64,000 nt of DNA, taken from Antedon mediterranea (lineage: Eukaryota; Animalia; Echinodermata). Location of the stretch: the NCBI RefSeq assembly GCF_964355755.1, contig NC_092678.1:25251365-25315364 (forward strand), given 5' to 3'. How positions within the stretch are numbered: position 1 is the first letter of the stretch; the number at the start of each line of letters is the position of its first letter. Below are positions 12,501-24,500 of this stretch, piece after piece. Below the pieces are notes generated by a model. That model worked only from the letters and a program-made list of their open reading frames with translations, searched no databases and was not told the origin of the DNA. The translations under genes and the position numbers were made by a program.

Positions 12501-15500
12501 TGAAACATCATTATTCAAGGAAAACCTAATAAGGAGACACTTTGCTGTGAAATAAATAAGAGGCAATATATGTTTAAGACTATAGCCAAGCAGGCAGGTT
12601 ACACCTTTATTAAAGAAACATGGTTATGATGATTATTTATTGATATTTATCTTTGCACTAGAATGATCAAGCCATGATGAGTATAAGTAATGGTGAGGTG
12701 GAGACAGATTATTGCTCAGAAAATGTACCAGCTTTGGTGTTCAGAGGAACAGAGGGGGACAGATCAGCTGTTACAACAGCCGTGGATATTGGCACTGGTG
12801 ATGTTATTCAGTTTAGAGTAAGTTACTTTGTCTTCTGTAATTTCACATGATAAGATTTATTGTCCCAAATACTGAATAAATTACTGATTTAAATTACGTA
12901 AATTATCTACATTGTTGTCTTTATAGATTGTCGTTGGATGCCTGTCAAAATTTGCATATATAGCACCTGTATATTTGCAATATTCACACGACAATGGCAT
13001 GAAATGGGAACTAGTTACACCTGTATGTAAACCGTCTGACCAAGGAGATGGTTTGTGTGGAAAAGTTGCATCAAAGGGCACCCAAGAGGGCAGTATTTAT
13101 CACATGGGTCAATTCAGCATGTGGCATCTGATTGTCATTGAACTTCCAGAGAATGTGGTTGGAAGGTATGTTTTTTAATTTTTATGCAAATAAATAAAAT
13201 GTAGATATTACTGACCACTGGATACTGCACATGAAAAGGACATGAGGATGCGGACTTGAATGAGGATGTGAACTTGAATGAGGATGCGGACTTGAATGAG
13301 GATGTGGACTTGAATGAGGATGCGGACTTGAATGAGGATGCGGACTTGAATGAGGATGCGGACTTGAATGAGGATGCGGACTTGAATGAGGATGCGAACT
13401 TGAATGAGGATGCGGACTCAAATGAGGATGCGGACTTAAATGAAACTGATTCTTTTGAAAACAATAGAAATATGTATGTAGGCAAACAATTATTGGAAGG
13501 CTATTTTGTTATGTTAAGTAGGTTACGTTGCGTCGCTAAGGGCAACAAAGCTTATGTTATTTTCAACATTTGTTTCCGTTATCATTGTTCAGATTTAAGT
13601 TCACATAATTGTCATTTGTATTAGGAAAACCCAGTTCCGATGGCACCAAGATTTTGATAGAAATGCTCCAGCATTTGCTCTTAGAGAAGTGTACATTGGA
13701 ACTCCTTGCCCTCAGAATTGCAAGGGGCATGGTGTATGCACTGAACAAGGTTGTGTGTGTGACATAGGCTACTCAGGTTAGTAATCTGTTCATTAATCAA
13801 ATGGTCTTCAAAAACAATGCCATTTTCATGAATTGTCTTAAATACCATTTATTTCTCTTTCTCCTCCTTTTCCTTTTTATTTTGTGTTTTTTCTTTGGGA
13901 TATGTTTGTACCTTTTCTTTGCTGTGTAACATGTACATCAGTGTTCCTGTGATGTTTATGCTGTGATACTGAAAACACAAAAGTAAATAAATTAAAACAA
14001 TAGCAGCAATTACATTTAAATTCAATATTATTTTCATAAAATACATCATTATGTAATAACACAAAAATGAGAGTTTTTTTTAAAAAAAGGTAGAATTCAC
14101 TTATGCTGGAGAAACTTAAATAAGCCCAGGGGCTTTAAGGCTAGTTCCACCAGAAAAAAAGGATTCAAAAGTATATATAAAAAATAAATATATAAATATA
14201 TATAGATAGTCAACAAATAAATACATAAATAAAAAATGGGGAAAAAAGAATAAAAAGGAAAGCAGTCACTGTCTATTAAAGCAATGAAATACAACAATTT
14301 GCAGTTAATAATTTCTTTTTTTCCTAAGCATATCACTACCATATTTGGGCATATCACTACCATATTTGGGCACATAACTACCATATTTGGGCACATCACT
14401 ACCATATTTGGGCACATCACTACCATATTTGGGCACATCACTACCATATTTGGACACATTTTTTTGTCACATAAGGTTTGATAGTGTAGACAGAGCTTTA
14501 TACATTTCTTCGTTTGCTTTGTATGCTCTTAGGAGAAAGTTGTAATCCATATACGAGTATCCTTCCTGGTCTAAATGATCCGTTTGACACACACAATCAT
14601 AATTTCTGGGATAAGACCGTCGGAACTGAATTAAATCAAAATTGTGGACAAATAAAAATGGGAAATTCACTTTATTTTGGATCACACGGGCCAAGAGAAG
14701 CGGTCACTGCTAGTGTGAACACTACAACTATAAAGTAAGTACATTATTGAACAGGAACATAGGGACATTTGGTAGCCATTAATGCTACTTTAAGTGTACA
14801 CAATATTTGTTTGTTTTTTTAGGGTGACTTAGGCCTACCACAGACATTGCACATAATTACAAAAAGTAGTCAGTAATATATATAGGTTGGAATGCATAGA
14901 CTTTTATTGAAGCTGGCCCTGATGTAGTTGGACAAAAAAACATCAATGTGAAAGGCTTACCAATTGCAATAAATAAGTAAATATTGCAATAAGTACCCTT
15001 CATGTTGGACAAAACACAGAACATTAAAAAAAAGAAAATGGAAGCAAATAAATGAAAAAAAAATGTACTAGTCCACAGTCTAGTCAGTCAAATTATCTTG
15101 TGTGTTTGTTGTGTTAAACCGGTCTTTCCATGACTTTTAGGATTCTGCAGTTTTACATACGAATTGGAAACGCAGACGTAGGTTTTAAATGCAACGAACC
15201 AACGTCTATAGATGAATCTGTAATTGTACAGTACACAAATGACAATGGTATACATTGGAACACATTACGAGAGTTGAACCCATTCATGTTAAAGGATGAC
15301 CCCCAACAGGTCACCATTGAACTGCCGCAGACTGCTAAGACAGAGGACACTAAGTTCAGATGGTGGCAGCCTACATCCACTCTTGGAGGTATGTAGTTTA
15401 ATCAGTTCGTTACATTTTATTGTTACTCTTGCAAATATATATAACTTTCGTTGTTGGTAATAATTCTTGTTGATATAAAGTTTGCAGTACACCACATGTA

Positions 15501-18500
15501 TATAGGTCTGAAAAGAACTGTTTAAACTGTTCAACAGAACTGTTTACACGTGGTGCTAAACTTTCTATCAAAAAATTGATTTCACCATGCAAACATTTAT
15601 TAAACAATAATGGTTCTTGCTTATTTACTTAGGTCACAGTAAGAGAGCGCAATGGGCGCTTGACAATGTGTTAATTGGTGCTAATGATACCAAAATATCC
15701 GGCTTCCAGGATGATTTGAACCCCAAGACAGATAAGTGGTACATGATTATGGGAGGCCTCAGCCAGGTTGCATGTCACTCTGATGGCTTAGCACAAATAT
15801 TCCTAGGAGAAAAAGGTGAGATTTTATTTGTTTTACCTTTCATCGTGTTTTAATGATTTGTCGTCTTTTCATTTTTGGTGCATATATTTAAGCAATAGAA
15901 CATAATAACAATTTTAATACAATATGTAATATCAATTTGAAGAGGATATATAAAGGAATTGATTCATTGAAATGGCAGTTTACTCTAAAATCTCCCAACT
16001 TTAAATTGTATCTGCATTTGTTCTGTCTGTATGACACACACGATACCTACGTTTTTTATATTGATAATAATAATAATACATTTTGTTAACTTGTATTAGC
16101 TGTTCCAAGGTATGCTGAGACATGGGACTTTGAGGTCAAGGAATCCACCTTCTTGCAGTTTGACCTTTTGATGGGATGTAACGAGCAGCTTACTCTGCCA
16201 AATGATAATGATGTTCGCTTAGAGTTCTCGGTAAACATGGGGAGGACATGGAGTCTGGTAACGCAGGAGTGTTTACCTCCTGATATGGGGTGTGGTCAGT
16301 ACAAGTCTGCGAGTGTCTACACTGCTCAGCTTTACAAGAACTGGAAACGAGTTACCATTGAACTCCCAAAAACTGCCTTGTAAGATATTATGATTTTTAA
16401 ATCAACTTAAAAGTTGACTCTCTTAAAATCAAACACACTGAATGAAGTTGAATAGTTAAAACAAATTTTGTACCTTAAGAAATTTCTTCTTTGTTCTTTG
16501 GTGGTTTTCAGAGAGTTTGGTTACTATTTTTACATTTAGATACGTATGTATAATTTTTTTAAAAGATCTTTCTAATATAACCTACCATAAAAATTATCTT
16601 TCTAATGTTTTTTTTTTCAAGATCTCCAGCCACACGATTTCGCTGGTCTCAACCTCAGTTTCGATCAAACAGAGATAACTGGGCATTGGATAATGTTTAC
16701 CTTGGCAATGGTTGCCCATGGGTTTGCTCTGGTCACGGCAAGTGTGATAATGGAAAATGCGAGTGAGAAAAAAAATGTCAAATGTTTCCAAAGAATTTTT
16801 CTTTCAGATTTGAAATAATACAGATAATGTAGCAGTATGTTGTTAATAGCATAGTTGAGCTGTAGCTTGGTGGTTAACTTACTTCCAATCCTATGGTTCA
16901 ATCCTGACCAAGTTGTAACATACGACTCCTTCTACTCCACTCCCTAAGCCTCAAATGAGACTTAGTTTATAAAATAGTTTATTCATCCTGTAATTGGCGT
17001 GTTTGTGACGGTTGGATGCACATGAGATTTTTTTTAATATAGTTGTGTTTCTGATAGGTGTGATACTGGTTATGGCGGTAAGGGGTGTTTACCAGTTAAA
17101 AGTTTAGAAAAAGTGTTAAAAGATAATTTTGATAAAGAGTTGCAGCCCTCAAATTGGACAGAGCAGCATGGATTTGAAATCAACAATACATGTGGGCTTT
17201 TGGTTTCTGGTAACGCTGCTGTCTTTAACAAGGTGAGTTTAATCAAACAATTCTCTACTGTATCTCCACATCTCCAGTATCATAGGCAAATTCTGTAATA
17301 CAGTCTCACATATGTATCACATGTGATGCCTGTACTATGCTAAGGTTAGGTTGGACCTATGGCCTATGATACAGGCATAATATGTGACACTGTGTCACCA
17401 AATATGACTATATACTTGGCAAATTATATATACAGTACCAAGAATTAGCTATTTGTTCAGTAAAGTACAGCATCACATGTTTGTCTAAACCAAATACATT
17501 TTTATTCCATAAAACTTAAAAAACATAACGTACGATTATATGTACACAACATTACCAATTATGTTATCGAAAAGAAAACTCAAATTAAGCAATTAAAAAC
17601 ATTAAATTATAAGAAATAATAAAGATTTGTTTGATATTAACTTGCATGAAGTATTCTATATCTGTATTCTGTATTTTCTGTTATAGGATGGTTTAAGAAT
17701 GCTTACAACAACAGACTTAAATGCCTGGATGATGGAGTACATTCAGTTTACTATGAGGTTTGGTTGTGTAGATGATGTCAAAGATGCACTTGGTAGTCAC
17801 AGTGTTCTCGTCCAGTATTCTAATAACGGTGGTGTCGATTGGAAAACCATCAAAGAAATTTATTCCAGAACACCAGAGGGGCCGAAATTTTATAACTTTC
17901 AACTGCCTGCAGATGCGTTGCATAATGGGACACGATTCAGATTCTGGCAACCAAATCATAATGGTAAGAAATACAAGCTAGAATTTGTTATGGGAAATCC
18001 CCCTATGATGTAATGAGGTTAACTTCCTTTCTTACCAATTCTTGTGTACAAATCCTTTCCTCTAACTCGCATCCGGATGAAGGATTCTTTCTTAAGCTTG
18101 GTCCCGACAAGAAACAAATTAGATATACGCTGAAAATTTACGTTATAAATCCCACCCACCTAGAACATGAATTTGGGCCGACTTTGGGGGTCGGGACTAT
18201 AGCCAGGGAAACCCTGGTTCAGGAAAAATGTGATGGTAAGCATTTCTTGTAAAAACTCATCTGAACTGGCTAGAAACAGACCTACATCCAGACCAATACT
18301 GGGACTATATCCAGGGGGTGGGATTAGACTCAAGGACCCAGAGATATATGTTATATATTACATATGTAAGTCAATGTCTTGTAGGTGCCAACAAACAGAT
18401 GTGGGCGCTTGATGACGTGGTTGTAGGTGGCAACCTCCAAGCACCAGTTGTACTTAGTGATGACTTTCAACAATCTGAGCATGTTAGTTCCAACTGGTTG

Positions 18501-21500
18501 TTTCATCCGGGAGGTTCATTCTCTCTGCCTTATTGCTCGTCAAACAATGATAAAACAGATGCGTCCTCTAGTGCTGCTAATGCACAATCGTAAGTCGTTT
18601 AAAGTTGTGTTTCATTTATAATAGTGAGCATTCGATTTGTGAAAACCTAGATGCTAGGAACCGGTTACATCGTTTGATTTATTTTGCGTAGGCATGGTAC
18701 ATTGGTACATACGTGATTATCTTAAGTGATGCTTACCTTAAGTGATGCTTACTTTAAGTCATGCTTACCTTAGGTCATGCTTACCTTAAGTAATGCTTAC
18801 CTTAAGTCATGCTTACCGTAAGTCATGCTTACCTTAAGTCATGCTTACCTTAAGTCAAGCTTACCTTAAGTCATGTTTACCTTAAGTGTTGCTTACCTTA
18901 AGTGATGCTTACCTTAAGTGAGGCTTACCTTAAGTGATGCTTACCTTAAGTCATGCTTACCGTAAGTCATGCTTACCTTAAGTCATGCTTACCTTAAGTC
19001 ATGCTTACCTTAAGTCATGTTTACCTTAAGTGTTGCTTACCTTAAGTGATGCTTACCTTAAGTGATGCTTACCTTAAGTGATGCTTACCTTAAGTGATGC
19101 TTACCTTAAGTGATGCTTACCTTAAGTGTTGCTTACCTAAAGTGATGCTTACCTAAAGTGAAATAAGAAGGCAAAGAGTATTACTCGTATAGGCTGCCTC
19201 CTTTCATAGTTTGTATGTGTAAGTCATGTCAGTTTAAAAGTGTTGAGTATTGGGCTTGAAACAATGTGATAAGGTAATGAATTCCTTGTGTTTATGATAC
19301 GAATATCAAAGAAGGAACCTCTTCTAGGTATTAAACCAAGATTTACACAACCTAAAAGGATGTTATTGATTCTAGATTGAGATGCCAACCAACAGAATAT
19401 GCATAGTTGAGTCCTAGTTAGAGGTCAAATGTCATGTCTGTTGATGAATATGTATGTTTGATTGTTATTTCAGATTTTCAGACAGAAAAGCTTTGGTGTT
19501 CCATCGCAGTGAAGGTGAGCGTTATGCCATGACTACAGATGTACATGTGAATGATTTCTCATTGATACAATTTGAAGTAAGTAGGTCAAATGTCAGGTCA
19601 AATGTCATTTATGTTGATGAATCTGAATGTGTGTATGTAAGTTATGATTTGTATAGCAATGTTAGAGAGAAAGCTGTTTATTTTGATTATTTAATAACAA
19701 TGACAAATTGCTTTTAATATTATAACTCTACCTTATTTAGAAGACATAATTAATTGTTTTTGAAAGTTCTGATGTTTATTTGTTTGTTTTGTTGCTAATT
19801 TTATCAAATTTGTTGTGATGTATAAATAATGGATTTTAAAGAATATTGTAACTTTTTATAAAAATTATTTATAACAGATAACTTTGTTGAATGTGTGTTG
19901 AAAAACAAATACACAAATTTGTTTTCTTGTATTTTTGTAGATTAACATAGGATGCACGTCAGACTCCTCGGAAGATGATCCTGTTCGCCTCGAGTACAGT
20001 CGTGATCACGGTACAAATTGGGATTTAGTTCGTCCAAATTGTTACGTAACAAACTTCACATCCGCTGCCTGTTCTCGTAATCTACACATGCCCAGTATTT
20101 ACTACAGCGGTGAATCACCTGACTGGCAAAGAATAAGTATTCGCCTGTTAGGTCTTCATATCTGTGGGTAAGCTATCAAGTTTGTCATATTATTGGAAAT
20201 ATTAGTTAATAATAGTTATAATAATGTACATTTAAATATTTTAACTTCAGTTTACAATAGAGTGTAAAGCTCTGTCTACGCTATAACATTTTATGTGACA
20301 AAACAAATGTGATTTGCTCATAACATATAGACATGGTGATATCATATTCATATTTGGGCATATCACTACCATATTTGGGCACATCACTACCATACAAAAA
20401 AACGAAGCTATAGCTTTTTTATGCAGGATCCCTGTTCTCAGTTGTACTGTAATTATGATGTACTGTAATTGATGACTAAATATTTGGGCACATCACACTA
20501 GTTTGATAGTGTAGACAGTGTAATACAATGTATTCTTTATACAGTTTTCACTATACAAACTTATATATGTATGTAGGTACTATGTTTTGTTACTTAATGT
20601 TGGAATATCACATCTAGCCCATTCATATTCACATTTATTTCGACAATAATTGTTACGCTTAAGAAAGCTCACTGTTTTTCCTTTTCCCATAAAATTGGAA
20701 AAAATGCTTCTGCAATTTCATGCCAAAAAAATCTTTAATAGGCAAATATGTATGTACTAAGATCAGTTGTCCTTTCTTTAAGTATTAATAAATTGTTTAA
20801 ATTTGTTTTTACCTAAAATCTGTAAGGTCTGTACGGTTCAGGTGGGTGCAAGGCTTCTACAGCAGAGGTGCAGCGAGTCCAAAGCCCTGGGGACTGGACA
20901 CAGTGTACATAGGTCACATGTGTCCTTGTAGTGGACATGGTTTCTGTTTGGATGACGTGACTTGTTTGTGCGATGAGGGGTATTCTGGCAAACAATGCCA
21001 ACTTACCAGAAAAAACCCAGTCTTCTTAACAGAATCATTTGAAGGTATTGAAATAAAATTTTAAATACATTTTTTGTAAATTTCGTTTGATATTTCAGTT
21101 TCAATTTATTTACCATTTCAAATATTGTACATAAAAGGTTGATGTGGATAACTGTAAGAGAAAAACTTGTTTACCTGTCACCTATTAGTGCAATACATAA
21201 CAAAACATGTATTTCAAATAAGTTTTTTTCTCTGACTTACTAGGTCCATTATCAAAACAAAAGTTTATACAATGGAGTAGCGGAGAAAGGACAGAAAAGT
21301 GTGGAATCCTGATAACGGGCAAAAGTATGCATTTTCCAAATAATGGCCGTCGAATCCTCGTGACGACTGACATGGACCTAACTACTGCTACGTAAGTATT
21401 CTAAACGATCATCATCTTTGCTATACTATACACAATTATAAAGTTCTGTCTACACTATCAAACTTTATGTGACAAAAGAGTGTGATGTGGCAAAATATAG

Positions 21501-24500
21501 TAGTGATATGATATCATCATGTCCATATATGGGAAAATCAAATTTGTTGATAGTGTAGACAGAGCTTAAGGTATTTTCTAAGGTGACATATATTTCTTTG
21601 AATTACTTTTTATATCAGTGTTGTACAATTCTACATCAAACTTGGCTGCCAGCTAACCACTAAAGGTAAGGCAGACCATCCTGTATTGTTACAATACTCG
21701 ACTGATGGCGGCTTATCTTGGATTCTCATTGAGGAGTTGCGGTTCAACAAAAAGAACAACTCTGTGATGTACATGGCGTTGGAGCTGCCACATAAGGCAA
21801 AGCGTAATGCCTCTCGTATCAGGTGGTGGCAGCCATCGACTAATGGAACATTCCGGCAGGATTGGGCCATTGATCAGGTTAGTTTCCTTGGCAACAGAAA
21901 ATCAGGTCAACCAACTGACCTGACATTAAGTACTGTACTATATTCAAATGAGGTTCGTCTGCACAGTATATGAAGATGATGATGAATTATTGTGTTTTTT
22001 GCCTGATTTTTACGAGTTTAGTTTTTTTTGTTCTTTTGTTTAGATCTATATTGGTGGTCATATCCATGGCAAGAGATCCCTGACAGAGGACTTCCAATAT
22101 GGCGTACAAAACGATGATAATGGACTACCTGTTGAAACGGATCCTAATTGGATGATTTCACCTGGGAGTTCCAGGGAATATGCAAGTACAGCATTACAGT
22201 GCTTTCCTTCTGAATGATTAAAGCTCTGTCCACACTATCAAACTTTATGTGACAGAAAATTATGATTTGAGCACATCACACTTTTTTTGTGAAACTAATT
22301 GTAGACAGAGCTTTAGGCTTTTGTCAGAAAATATAAAATTAAAATGTTATTTGTGCAATTTGCAGGTGTGTGGTTCAGAGAGACGTGTACTTAGCTTTGC
22401 AGACAACACTTTGAAACGCTACACCATCACATCAGATGTTTTAGTTAATGAGTTGACATATCTGCAGTTTGAACTTGCTATGGGGTGTGATGAGACCCAA
22501 CATTGCTATTGTAAGTACCCATAGTTAGAAGTAGCAAGTATCCAATGTTAATATATAATACAAAATGATGCTAATAAGGCTGATTGGCTATAAGTAGGTG
22601 ACTGTTTCTACAGCAATAATGCTAATAAGGCTTATTGGCGAGTAGGTAACTGTTTCTACAGCTACTGTATGCAAAATGTGGTGATGTCACAACTCTTGAG
22701 TGTAAAGCTCTGTCTACACTATCAAGCTAGTTAGACAAGGGTAGAAGCAGAATGTATTCAATGGCAGCAGTCATTTTGTTAATAATTATTAATACAAAAT
22801 AATGCTTGTGTACTATTCCAATAAGGCTGATTGGCTATAAGTAGGTGACTGGTTCCACAGCTAATGTGTGCAAAATGTGGTGATGACACTGTAGCAAAAT
22901 GAGTGTAAAGCTCTGTTTACACTATCAAACTAGTTTGACAAAAACAGTGTGATGTGCCCAAATATGGTAGTGATATGACATCATTATTTTTGTCACATTT
23001 TAGAAAATATTGGTTACATTTTAGTGAAATTCGTTTGAAGGGTTTGATTAGTTATCATTCTATATTGGACAAGTATCCATCGACGAGAGGTAATAATCTA
23101 CCCTCATCTAACATTGGCATTCAACAACTCGTAAGCCAACTGGAGCAGGCACGCAAAGATTTGCGTGAAACCGAAACAAAACTGGCTACTTTGCAAACAC
23201 GATTCGATACGATGTTAACAGAATTTCAAAACCATATCGCCAAATCTGAGCAAAGAGAAATTAAAAAGTGTGATTTTCGTTTTCTTGTTTTTTTTAATGG
23301 AATTGTGTTTTTCTGAATTTACTTTGCAGCCATCAATCTTGAGTTTTCAATTGATATGGGTAAGACATGGAACCTGCTTCAGAAGGAATGCATGTCAAAT
23401 CAAGTGGATTGCGTGAAATATCAACAGGGTACAATATACACAGCTGATGAATATTATGGGTGGAATAGAATAGTTATTCACCTACCTGCTCATTCAAGGC
23501 AAGTTCTCTTACATGTTGTAAATATCTAAAGTTATAGCATAATAATAATATTATTAATAATACGTCAATCTTATTTGGCACTTATTGCACAAAGTCTTTT
23601 AACACTTCACATTATTACCCCAGTAAATTTTTGGATCAAACACGTCTGGAAACATACTCCCATAATGTTGCGCAGTTGTGTTTTGACCTATACCAGGTAC
23701 CCACTTATACAACTGGGTAGAGAGAGGCAAACGTAAGTAAAGTATCTTGCCAAAGGATACAAGCAAAGTAACAAGCTTTTGGATTTTAACTTGCGATCTC
23801 ACAATCAATAATCTAACCTCCAACACACTGCGCCACACGCATATAAGCAAGTGTCATATCATGTCATCAAAGTACTTGATGTTTAAAGTTTTATTTGTCA
23901 TTAAACAGGTCTAAGTCAACCCGCTTCCGATGGCTGCAACCAGGTGGATTTTCCACAGGTGAATCATGGGCGTTAGGGTATGTGTACATAGGACCTGATT
24001 GCCCAAATATGTGCTCCGGACATGGAACCTGTAATATTGCTAGCTGCATGTGAGTATAATTTATTCATTCAGTGCAAAATTATTTCCATTTATTGTTATT
24101 TTAATATACAGTACATATAAATTATGTTTGCTCTGAGATATACAAAAACAGTAAAAAGAAAAACAAACAAAAAGTGTCACATCACTCTCATACTGACAAG
24201 CATTCAATGGCAGTTGGATAAAAGCTGTTACGAAACCTATTTGTGCGAGAAAGGATTGACCGGTAACGTCTACCGCTACATAACACCTTAAATACATTAT
24301 GCATGGGATGAGTAGAATCTTGATAAATGGAATGTGTTTTCTTAATTATGTTGTACAAGAGAGTTTTTGATTGTTTCATAATTTATACATAGTCATACAT
24401 AAATGAATTCAGTTTGTCTACAAATGCACAGGCATTGTATTCATACAAAAATGTTTTCTTTCAGTTGTGATGATGGTTGGAAGGGCAAACAGTGTAATGC

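Noticed and set aside
13135-13624. ORFs with NEDADL / SSFKSA / SSPHPH repeats
   Set aside because: Translations of an intronic minisatellite.
11847-14481. ORFs with CPNMVV / GHITTIF repeats
   Set aside because: Translations of the MITE family 1 internal 20-bp repeat, not genes.
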